Made by a program: the position numbers and the translations under genes | In this document: one piece after another, positions 52,201 to 64,000 of the stretch | Layout: each line of letters begins with the position of its first letter | Numbering within the stretch: the first letter of the stretch is position 1 | Notes under the pieces: generated by a model | What the model was told of the DNA's origin: nothing | Databases searched by the model: none | What the model saw: the letters and a program-made list of their open reading frames with translations, nothing else | Assembly: GCA_021613535.1 (NCBI GenBank) | Contig: CP075492.1 | Span: 186,001 to 250,000 of the forward strand | DNA from: Adineta vaga | Lineage: Eukaryota; Animalia; Rotifera | Direction: 5' to 3' | Length of the DNA: 64,000 nucleotides

Positions 52201-55200
52201 AACTGTGAAATTGTAGTTGGGCAACGGCCTGCCAAGAGGAATGTTTTCGATATCTGTTCCTAAGTCAATTCGATGGAATAAAGATTGTAGGGTTGTCTCA
52301 GCTGGACCACATAAATTCCACAGCGCATACTGCTGGGCAATATTAATATCTATTAACTTGACCAGATTGATCGAACAACGTTCACCTAATATATGAAAAA
52401 AAAATACGATGACTATCAATCGAAACACTAATACAATTACCCCCTGTGCACAATGATCGCAAATATTTAGTAGCATAAGATTTTTTACTCCTTGCGATAA
52501 AATTGAAAAGATATTGAAGTAACGTCGGCACAGTATATAAAAAAGTAATTTCTTTTCTTTCCATCGTCGTGGACAGATATTCGAAATCTAGATTTCCTCT
52601 CGGATGTAACATCACTAGAGTTGCTCCAATCACCAAACTTCCAAGTATTTCCTGAAGATGAATATCGAATGAACATCGTGCAATTTGAATAATAGTATCG
52701 TTTCTGTTGAATAAATCAATATGTACTAAAGAATGTACAGATTGAGTAAAATTTCTGTGCCAAACTTGAGCCTACGTATACCAAAAATATTTACTATACT
52801 TCATAGTAATTCTTACGCTATCACTCACTGCTTTCGGTAATCCAGTTGATCCACTAGTATAAATGATGTATGCGACACTATTCGCTGCTATAAAAACACT
52901 GGACAAGCCATTTAAATAAACATCAATATTTCCACCCCCATAAGCAACTACTACATTCTCAATACTACATAGAATAATATTACAATCGAAAAAGTTTGCT
53001 GTTAAGTAATGAGCAAAAACAAGATGACTGTGAGTTTGTTCTACGAGTGCATGTAGACGATGTGGTGGATCTCGTGGAGATAACGGGCAATATACACCAC
53101 CTGCCATTAGAATTCCCATTATACCAATTACCTAAAACACGAGAAACTTCCTGATTATAAACATCACAAAATTATCCAACGCAACCTACCATTGATATAC
53201 TTCTCTCCACACATTGACAAATAATATCACCAACATTTACACGATATTCATTCAATAGAGTCAAAGACAATACTTGAACATAATATAACAGTTCACAATA
53301 TGTCAACGACTGTTCATCTAATTCTACAGCTAACTTTTGTGAATAGATCATCGCTTTAGAAACAAACTCATGATGAATGCATTTGACAGATGGATATGAT
53401 ATTTGTGTATTATTCATTGATTGTACAAGTAATTGTTCAGTTGGTAGTGTTAATGATAATTCATACAGTGGTTTCTTCGATTGACTATCAATAATAGATG
53501 CACATAGATCATACAACAGTGAATGAAATTGTTGTGAAATCTTATTCACAGTTTCCACGTGAAACAAATCCAATGATGCATCGATTGTACATGAAAGTTC
53601 ATTAGGATCCAAAGTATGATGAAAAGTGAGAATAAAATCAAATTTACTCATCACTTCATCTTCACTAATCTCAATCGAATATGGTGCTAAAATAAGTTCA
53701 TTATCACCAAGATTTACTTTGTCTTGATCGTCATTTGTCATCGATGTTATAAACTGGAATGATGTATCAAGAAATGCAGGATTTGATAGATGAGGATGTT
53801 GTGCAAGAATACGTTGAAGTGGAAAATATGAATATTTCATAGTATTTGTCATCAAGACTCGCATTTGTTGAGTGAATTGATGAAACGAAGAATGAGGATC
53901 AAGTTGACATCGAAGAGGAATAGCATTGACAAACATTCCAATTAGAGATCTAAATTCATCTCGATAACGTCCATCTGTATTTATTCCAATACAAAGATCT
54001 TGTTCTCCATTAGTTAATTTGAATAAAAGAATAAAATAAATTGTGAGTGCCAAATACTCAAGTGAAATGTTATTTGTCGATGCATATGTAAGAAAGTAAT
54101 GTGAAAGATCTTGTCCAAAATCAAACGAAATAGATGTTCCACGACCAGTTCGATGTTCATTTGCAAGACGATATCGATCATATGGTAATGAAAGAGATTG
54201 ATCAAGTTTACAGTCATGGAGAGTATCAAGCCAAAACATTTCTGCACCAGTCATTGACATTCCTCGTTCGATAGCAGCATCTACATAGAAGAACAACGAT
54301 GAATGACATATGAGAAAGAAAAAGTGCGATGTTGAAGATGTATACTTACAATCAAGATATCGAATATTCATTTCATCATCATTGTTGTTGTTATTGCTAA
54401 GTAATTCACCTGTTGTATATACTTGATTAAGATCATGAAGAAAGATATGCATTGATGGAAAATCAAATGCTGCATGATGAAAATTGAAGATGATTATATC
54501 TTTATGATGAAGTAGATGATCGGAAGAGATGTGTTTGTAATAGACAAGATGACATCGAAAGACAAGACCTTGAGTAAGATTGAAGAGTTGAGGATTTCGT
54601 TTTTCTTCATGTATGATATTGTTGAGTTGTTGTTGTGTTTCATAAGTACTCTCAATAAATGTAAATAATGTCTTTTGATCTGTGGTAATGTCTATGATTC
54701 GTTGCATCAATATATTTTTATCTTTGTCGAAAATGAATGCTGTATGAAGTGCAAGATGTTTGCTGATAGTGAGATCGAGTGCATGTTGAAGTTGTTTGAC
54801 TGATATAGTATTGTTTGTAGAAAGGTGATAAATGAAAGGCATGTTATAGATTGCTATTTGTGGATGATCAGGATCGAATCGTATTTGTTCGTCAAGCCAA
54901 ATGCGAGCTTGTGCATATGATGCTGGTGCTAGAATAATTGTGGTTTGTTTTGTGCATGTAACAATAAAAGCACGAATGATGTGAAGGATATGATAGAACA
55001 TTCTCTCTACTTGTCATGGTATTCTGCCATGAGTCGTATATATAAGTTCATGATGCTTGAGTCATTTGTATATGATGAAACTTCGTGAGCCATATACGTG
55101 TGACTAGGATTAGTGTATGAAGGAGAGTGTGTATGTTTAGTTGGGACATCATCGCTTATTTTTCATCAATAATAGAGGTAGATAAGCTCAGGGTCATGAA

Positions 55201-58200
55201 CCGAATTCAAATGAACTAAAGAACTGATGAGATAGCTCATTTGAGCGAACTAAACTGTACAAACAGTTCTTTTCAACAAACTGAACTTTTCAACTAGTTC
55301 AGTTCATATGAAATCAGCTCTATCATGTCCTACACTAGAGATACCCTAGGATCCTCTAGTCCTATACCAGGCGGTTTCCTCAATTTCGAACTGAGGGCAT
55401 CCATCTGATATAGCATACACGGACTCAAGGGTATCGCCCTAATATAGCATATGGGGGATTTAAGATTGTCTCTCTGATATAGGACATGATACAGTTGAGC
55501 TCATGTGAACTGTTAGAATAGTTCAGTCGCAAGCTGAGCTGTTTGAAAAGGTGGAAGGTTGTGAGCTAAATTCGAACTTTGCCTATCCCTAATCAATAAG
55601 CTTATGTCTCATAACGTTCTCTTACACGCAGACTCAGTATTTGTGCAAGTGGTAGCTTACTACTGTATTCAAAGATTAGTTGTGGATAAAGAACAGAAAA
55701 ATGGAAGTATTCTAGATAACTGCAAAGTTACACAAAAAACACTTTCTAGAAGTCTGCAATATATGTAATACTTAATGCAATTTTTTCTTGAATACTGTCA
55801 TAAAAGTACAAATTGAATTCTATGACGAGTAGTGATCAGTTTAGTTTCAATTTCTTTGGAGAAAATATTTTATCATACCTCTGTTGCTACTGTGAGTTCC
55901 ACTTATCTCTTCATACCCTTAACTTAGATAGTGAATAAATTAAAAATGCTCTAATGAAAAACAGAAGAAAAGAATTTGTTCTCTATCAAAAATAAGAAAA
56001 TTAGATAACATTTCTTTTTTGGAAACTCGTCAATTAATCAACAGAATGACGACTATATAGCTTTTATAGTTGCGGTGGCTAACTCTCGATGCAACTCGAC
56101 ATATATTGTTAAGAAAGTATATTCAAACGACACTGTCATCATTTATGGAATAAATCTCAGTGGATTACGAACACCAAACGTGTGTCGAATAAGCCACTTC
56201 TAATGATTCTCACGTCATCCTATCGCCCACAATGCAAGCCAAGATATTCGCAAAATGAATGAAGATGACGCCGTCTTTAAAAGGCAAAAAGACTGCAGAA
56301 ACCAATTGCATATGGAAATCATTAAAATCAAAGTTAACACATACCTAAGATAAATGTATAGGTCATTATTAGTAATATGGGTCATCAACAACAAGAAAAT
56401 TTTAATCAGAACAAGACAGAAGCCTACCTTCACTTGTGATATTTGATTGTCGATCAAATATAACATCATCGATTTCCTTAGCTTCCTTCGCCAATATAAG
56501 ATCAAGTTTCGATACAGCTGTCCCACACATGTTCACTTCATCCACTATTCCATTCGATACAAACAATTGTTCAATACAATATGAAAATCGTCCACCTATA
56601 TCTGTAACAGTTCCATCATCAAATAAATCATGAGAACATATCAAATGCAATGATAATCGATTATTTTCTAATGTTGGATCATAAATAAATGTTAGCATAA
56701 AATCAAATTTAGCTGCTTCATTCGATTGCTCTAACATTACTGGCTCTAATTTTGTATCATTCATCGATAAGTAACTCTCACTTTCAGATAATGTGATAAA
56801 ATTAAACATTATTTCCAAAAAGTTAAGATTCGATTGGTTGGCATGAAAGTCATTAAGAATATGTTGAAGTGGATAATGAGAATGTTTAAGTATTGATAAA
56901 CACATTTCTCTTACAGAATGAACAACTTCATCAAATGACCAATCTCCATTGAGTTGAATACGATATGGTAATGTTGCTACAAACATTCCTATCATATTAT
57001 ACAATTCAGATCGATATCGATTGGCATTTATACTACCAACACATAAATCAGTTTGATTGTGAGATAATTTAAATAGAAATACATAAAATATCGATAGTCC
57101 AAGTTGAAAAAATGTAAGATGATGTGATGATGCATAGTTTAGAAATGATGTACATGTAACATCATTTAGTATTATTTGAGTTGTAGCACCTAAGCCAGAT
57201 CGATGATGAATTGATGAACGAGATCGATCATATGGTAATGATAATGAATGTTGAAGATCACATCCTTGAAGTTGAGAATACCAAAACTCACGAGATAAGG
57301 TCATATCCATGACATGTTCATGAACAGAATAATCAACATATTGAAATGAATTGTCATCTAGAGATAGCGAACTATGATCTTGATAAGCAAGAGAAAGATC
57401 ACGAATAAAGATTGATGTTGATGCACCATCAAAGAAAGCATGATGAACAGTAAATAATATTAAATCATCTCTATTCAACATATCATCTTCTTCATTTGAA
57501 CTGTGTGTGTGAGAACGAAGAATATGACAATTAATGACATGTCCTTTTGATAAATCAAATAAATCACATTTATTCAAGATTCTCTTCACAATTTCATTCA
57601 TATCGCCATCTTCTCTGGAAACATTCACTATTGAAAAACCAAATGTTTCACTATTATTGCTTAAAGTATTCATATCTCGACAATCTTGTACAATAATACC
57701 ATTTTGATCAAGATAAAGTGCTGTTCTCAGAATCTGATGTTTTCTAATGATACATTGATATGCATGATATAATCGTGAAATTGATATATGATGGTCATTT
57801 ATCGATGATAGACGATATATTAATGGAATAACATACATATTTGTATTGTTATCTGTCGAAGAAGAAGAAGAAGAAGAAAATCGAATATTTTCATCTAAGA
57901 AAATGCGTTCTTGAGCAAAGGATGCTTTCGCTAAAGTGAGAAATAGAATGTGGTTATTAGAGTATTTTTGAGATTATATTTGTTACCTGTAAGGATATTT
58001 AATGAATGCCAAGAATGATCATCTTTACTCAATTCGGTATTGAGAATCTGATGAATAAGTTTTGCATGATCAATGATAGTTGGATGTTGAAATAGATCAG
58101 TAATAGCAATGGAATTTATTTCTAATCGAAATTCTACTTTATAGTGATGTAGAAGTTGCATAATAATTAATGAATGGCCACCAATAGAGAATATGTTTGT

Positions 58201-61200
58201 ATTAGTAGAGATTTGTTTTTGTTTCAATAGATCACACCATATATGATGAATAATAGATTCAATTTTATTTGTTGGTTCTACTAAATCGTTAGTATTGTTG
58301 AGTTTAGTTGAAGAGAGAACAAGGGAATCAGGTGAGGGCAATCGTTTTCGATCAATTTTTCCATTTGGATTGAGAGGTAATTTATCAAGAATAATGAAAT
58401 AAGATGGAATCATATGCGGTGGAAGATGTGATTGACAATATTCATGTAATTCTTTTTCACTAACGACTGAACTTTGAACATAAGCAACTAAATGATCTTC
58501 ACCCCATTTCACCACAACACAAGTAGATATCGATGTAATACTAAGTAGGCATCGTTCAATTTCACCAAGTTCAATTCTTTGTCCATGTAGTTTGACTTGG
58601 AAATCTTTTCTTCCCTCATAATAGACAAGACCATTACGATCTAATTTGACAACATCGCCAGTTTGATAAAACTTTTGTTCATCGATTTCAAGAATAACTT
58701 TTGTGGTCAGATCGTTACGATAAAGATAGCCAGCGAATACACCGCCACCACCAATAAATAGCTCACCTTGTTGGCCAACGGGCACGTGTTGAAAATACAT
58801 ATCCAATACTTTATGATGTTCGTTAGGTAGTAATCTTCCAAGAGCGATAATTGATTCACTGGATCTGGAACTTATACGATGATAGAAGGAAACAACTGTG
58901 GTCTCAGCTGGCGCGTATATATTGTACAGAGTACAGTTGTTGTCAATGTGGCTTTGTAAGCGATGAACAAGTCGTTTCGATATAGGTTCTCCTAGAAAGC
59001 TTAGATGTGTTTTCAACGTACTTTTCATAGTTTACTTACCTCCAAAGCACAGTGATCGTAGCGTTGACAAAGAATCGCAGTGTAGACGTTCAATAGCATC
59101 ACATAAATGATCTAGGAAGGTTGGAACTGGTGCAATACATGTAATTTTTTTAGTTTCGCATATGTTCATAAAATACAAAAAGTCCATGTTTCCATATGGA
59201 TGTAAAAGCACAAGAGATGAAGACAAAAATAAACTACCAATGATCTCCATGGTATGCACATCATATGTAGGAGCACATATTTGCGCCATAACATCATTTT
59301 TCAACAGTATTCCACTATGTTGTAAACTTCGTATAAAATTTGAGAAATTCCGGTGCCTAGTTTGAATCTGGAAAAAAGCAACAAACTGAGGGTGACCCAA
59401 TACAAAGTGTTAACAACATACTGCTTTTGGTACACCTGTCGAACCACTTGTGAAAATGATGTAAGCTATATTATCAGATGATACCGTTATCTTTGAAAGT
59501 TTCTGTGACTCGATATCGCCACTGAAATCTGTATCAGTCAGCAATATATCAATATCCAATAAATTCTGAAGGTCAGAGATCTTTGCTACAGTTGGCTGAT
59601 GAACAATAACAACGTGAGACATCGTTTGTTGTACAAGAGCATGTAACCGATCTTCTGGATCTCGAGGAGATAACGGACAATATACACCACCTGCCATTAG
59701 AATTCCCATTATACCAATTACCTAAAACACGAGAAACTTCCTGATTATAAACATCACAAAATTATCCAACGCAACCTACCATTGATATACTTCTCTCCAC
59801 ACATTGACAAATAATATCACCAACATTTACACGATATTCATTCAATAGAGTCAAAGACAATACTTGAACATAATATAACAGTTCACAATATGTCAAAGAC
59901 TGTTCATCTAATTCTACAGCTAACTTTTGTGAATAGATCATCGCTTTAGAAACAAACTCATGATGAATGCATTTGACAGATGGATATGATATTTGTGTAT
60001 TATTCATTGATTGTACAAGTAATTGTTCAGTTGGTAGTGTTAATGATAATTCATACAGTGGTTTCTTCGATTGACTATCAATAATAGATGCACATAGATC
60101 ATACAACAGTGAATGAAATTGTTGTGAAATCTTATTCACAGTTTCCACGTGAAACAAATCCAATGATGCATCGATTGTACATGAAAGTTCATTAGGATCC
60201 AAAGTATGATGAAAAGTGAGAATAAAATCAAATTTACTCATCACTTCATCTTCACTAATCTCAATCGAATATGGTGCTAAAATAAGTTCACTATCACCAA
60301 GATTTACTTTGTCTTGATCGTCATTTGTCATCGATGTTATAAACTGGAATGATGTATCAAGAAATGCAGGATTTGATAGATGAGGATGTTGTGCAAGAAT
60401 ACGTTGAAGTGGAAAATATGAATATTTCATAGTATTTGTCATCAAGACTCGCATTTGTTGAGTGAATTGATGAAACGAAGAATGAGGATCAAGTTGACAT
60501 CGAAGAGGAATAGCATTGACAAACATTCCAATTAGAGATCTAAATTCATCTCGATAACGTCCATCTGTATTTATTCCAATACAAAGATCTTGTTCTCCAT
60601 TAGTTAATTTGAATAAAAGAATAAAATAAATTGTGAGTGCCAAATACTCAAGTGAAATGTTATTTGTCGATGCATATGTAAGAAAGTAATGTGAAAGATC
60701 TTGTCCAAAATCAAACGAAATAGATGTTCCACGACCAGTTCGATGTTCATTTGCAAGACGATATCGATCATATGGTAATGAAAGAGATTGATCAAGTTTA
60801 CAGTCATGGAGAGTATCAAGCCAAAACATTTCTGCACCAGTCATTGACATTCCTCGTTCGATAGCAGCATCTACATAGAAGAACAACGATGAATGACATA
60901 TGAGAAAGAAAAAGTGCGATGTTGAAGATGTATACTTACAATCAAGATATCGAATATTCATTTCATCATCATTGTTGTTGTTATTGCTAAGTAATTCACC
61001 TGTTGTATATACTTGATTAAGATCATGAAGAAAGATATGCATTGATGGAAAATCAAATGCTGCATGATGAAAATTGAAGATGATTATATCTTTATGATGA
61101 AGTAGATGATCGGAAGAGATGTGTTTGTAATAGACAAGATGACATCGAAAGACAAGACCTTGAGTAAGATTGAAGAGTTGAGGATTTCGTTTTTCTTCAT

Positions 61201-64000
61201 GTATGATATTGTTGAGTTGTTGTTGTGTTTCATAAGTACTCTCAATAAATGTAAATAATGTCTTTTGATCTGTGGTAATGTCTATGATTCGTTGCATCAA
61301 TATATTTTTATCTTTGTCGAAAATGAATGCTGTATGAAGTGCAAGATGTTTGCTGATAGTGAGATCGAGTGCATGTTGAAGTTGTTTGACTGATATAGTA
61401 TTGTTTGTAGAAAGGTGATAAATGAAAGGCATGTTATAGATTGCTATTTGTGGATGATCAGGATCGAATCGTATTTGTTCGTCAAGCCAAATGCGAGCTT
61501 GTGCATATGATGCTGGTGCTAGAATAATTGTGGTTTGTTTTGTGCATGTAACAATAAAAGCACGAATGATGTGAAGGATATGATAGAACATTCTCTCTAC
61601 TTGTCATGGTATTCTGCCATGAGTCGTATATATAAGTTCATGATGCTTGAGTCATTTGTATATGATGAAACTTCGTGAGCCATATACGTGTGACTAGGAT
61701 TAGTGTATGAAGGAGAGTGTGTATGTTTAGTTGGGACATCATCGCTTATTTTTCATCAATAATAGAGGTAGATAAGCTCAGGGTCATGAACCGAATTCAA
61801 ATGAACTAAAGAACTGATGAGATAGCTCATTTGAGCGAACTAAACTGTACAAACAGTTCTTTTCAACAAACTGAACTTTTCAACTAGTTCAGTTCATATG
61901 AAATCAGCTCTATCATGTCCTACACTAGGGAGATACCCTAGGATCCTCTAGTCCTATACCAGGCGGTTTCCTCAATTTCGAACTGAGGGCATCCATCTGA
62001 TATAGCATACACGGACTCAAGGGTATCGCCCTAATATAGCATATGGGGGATTTAAGATTGTCTCTCTGATATAGGACATGATACAGTTGAGCTCATGTGA
62101 ACTGTTAGAATAGTTCAGTCGCAAGCTGAGCTGTTTGAAAAGGTGGAAGGTTGTGAGCTAAATTCGAACTTTGCCTATCCCTAATCAATAAGCTTATGTC
62201 TCATAACGTTCTCTTACACGCAGACTCAGTATTTGTGCAAGTGGTAGCTTACTACTGTATTCAAAGATTAGTTGTGGATAAAGAACAGAAAAATGGAAGT
62301 ATTCTAGATAACTGCAAAGTTACACAAAAAACACTTTCTAGAAGTCTGCAATATATGTAATACTTAATGCAATTTTTTCTTGAATACTGTCATAAAAGTA
62401 CAAATTGAATTCTATGACGAGTAGTGATCAGTTTAGTTTCAATTTCTTTGGAGAAAATATTTTATCATACCTCTGTTGCTACTGTGAGTTCCACTTATCT
62501 CTTCATACCCTTAACTTAGATAGTGAATAAATTAAAAATGCTCTAATGAAAAACAGAAGAAAAGAATTTGTTCTCTATCAAAAATAAGAAAATTAGATAA
62601 CATTTCTTTTTTGGAAACTCGTCAATTAATCAACAGAATGACGACTATATAGCTTTTATAGTTGCGGTGGCTAACTCTCGATGCAACTCGACATATATTG
62701 TTAAGAAAGTATATTCAAACGACACTGTCATCATTTATGGAATAAATCTCAGTGGATTACGAACACCAAACGTGTGTCGAATAAGCCACTTCTAATGATT
62801 CTCACGTCATCCTATCGCCCACAATGCAAGCCAAGATATTCGCAAAAATGAATGAAGATGACGCCGTCTTTAAAAGGCAAAAAGACTGCAGAAACCAATT
62901 GCATATGGAAATCATTAAAATCAAAGTTAACACATACCTAAGATAAATGTATAGGTCATTATTAGTAATATGGGTCATCAACAACAAGAAAATTTTAATC
63001 AGAACAAGACAGAAGCCTACCTTCACTTGTGATATTTGATTGTCGATCAAATATAACATCATCGATTTCCTTAGCTTCCTTCGCCAATATAAGATCAAGT
63101 TTCGATACAGCTGTCCCACACATGTTCACTTCATCCACTATTCCATTCGATACAAACAATTGTTCAATACAATATGAAAATCGTCCACCTATATCTGTAA
63201 CAGTTCCATCATCAAATAAATCATGAGAACATATCAAATGCAATGATAATCGATTATTTTCTAATGTTGGATCATAAATAAATGTTAGCATAAAATCAAA
63301 TTTAGCTGCTTCATTCGATTGCTCTAACATTACTGGCTCTAATTTTGTATCATTCATCGATAAGTAACTCTCACTTTCAGATAATGTGATAAAATTAAAC
63401 ATTATTTCCAAAAAGTTAAGATTCGATTGGTTGGCATGAAAGTCATTAAGAATATGTTGAAGTGGATAATGAGAATGTTTAAGTATTGATAAACACATTT
63501 CTCTTACAGAATGAACAACTTCATCAAATGACCAATCTCCATTGAGTTGAATACGATATGGTAATGTTGCTACAAACATTCCTATCATATTATACAATTC
63601 AGATCGATATCGATTGGCATTTATACTACCAACACATAAATCAGTTTGATTGTGAGATAATTTAAATAGAAATACATAAAATATCGATAGTCCAAGTTGA
63701 AAAAATGTAAGATGATGTGATGATGCATAGTTTAGAAATGATGTACATGTAACATCATTTAGTATTATTTGAGTTGTAGCACCTAAGCCAGATCGATGAT
63801 GAATTGATGAACGAGATCGATCATATGGTAATGATAATGAATGTTGAAGATCACATCCTTGAAGTTGAGAATACCAAAACTCACGAGATAAGGTCATATC
63901 CATGACATGTTCATGAACAGAATAATCAACATATTGAAATGAATTGTCATCTAGAGATAGCGAACTATGATCTTGATAAGCAAGAGAAAGATCACGAATA
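49238..64000 (-). CDS. Intron-containing NRPS, 3' portion: (C)-C-A-T-C-C-A-T-Pls/PosA-like terminal domain; 5' end lies outside the window
   Basis: C motifs HHAFFDG and HHAAFDF. A motifs YII(F/Y)TSGSTGxPK, PAETT, YxTGD, GRKDFQVK, NGKIDR. T motifs GGHSL and GGTSL. Terminal LCGARIG/LCGAHIG, QCHSFEQRVLK...TLVMKND..P..TQWKGLPA. Phase-compatible introns: 61519..63020, 60871..60939, 59722..59779, 59368..59421, 58992..59039, 57931..57986, 54929..56427, 54281..54349, 53132..53189, 52772..52828, 52386..52440, 49619..49677, 49336..49428. Confidence 0.93.
53088..57407. repeat. Copy 1 of a near-identical intragenic duplication (copy 2 = 59678..64000, offset ~6590)
   Basis: Only about four differences noticed by eye over ~4.3 kb, introns included. 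Confidence 0.92.
55173..55591. mobile_element. hAT-type MITE in an NRPS intron
   Basis: 8-bp TSD ATCAATAA, ends TAGAGGTAGA / GCCTATCCCTA, internal inverted repeat tatcatgtccta/taggacatgata. Confidence 0.75.
59678..64000. repeat. Copy 2 of the intragenic NRPS duplication (runs off the window)
   Basis: The 609-aa ORFs are identical except N/S in VNLGD[N/S]EL. Confidence 0.92.
61763..62183. mobile_element. Same hAT-type MITE in the duplicated NRPS intron
   Basis: Same TSD and site as 55173..55591, with a 2-bp indel. Confidence 0.75.

Noticed and set aside
54929-55001. ORF-track start MFYHILH... as an independent gene (also 61591)
   Set aside because: It lies in the 1.5-kb intron; the exon starts at APASYAQ.
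49238-64000. Bacterial contaminant or frameshifted NRPS pseudogene
   Set aside because: Every ORF break examined coincides with a phase-compatible GT-AG intron, and host MITEs sit in the introns.
1-64000. tRNA/rRNA genes
   Set aside because: None recognisable by eye; tRNAscan-SE or Infernal would be needed to exclude them.

Overview
AT-rich eukaryotic DNA with many ~50-60 nt GT-AG introns. The gene families and intron style point to a bdelloid rotifer (Adineta/Rotaria-like; inference). The window is rich in transposons and in genes resembling defence or bacterial-type families. Genes: a TM-mucin-Kelch gene, a DED-TM-NHL receptor-like gene interrupted by a HINE-like insert, an intact ARTC-type ADP-ribosyltransferase plus a decayed ART-TPR paralog, a decayed zinc-finger + PAP/CCA-type nucleotidyltransferase, a VWA-coiled-coil gene, and a ~1296-aa protein built of three 2-TM Cys-rich units. 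Mobile elements: a full-length hAT (8-bp TSD), an apparently intact piggyBac, a decayed Helentron/Helitron2, and many MITE/HINE elements. The main feature is the 3' ~14.8 kb of a minus-strand NRPS with 13 introns, domain order ...C-C-A-T-C-C-A-T, ending in a Pls/PosA-like (poly-amino-acid synthetase type) membrane/hexapeptide-repeat domain instead of TE or R. Its two modules are nearly identical across the C domains, their introns and the A subdomain, but differ strongly in the A-core specificity region. All coordinates and splice sites were read by eye.
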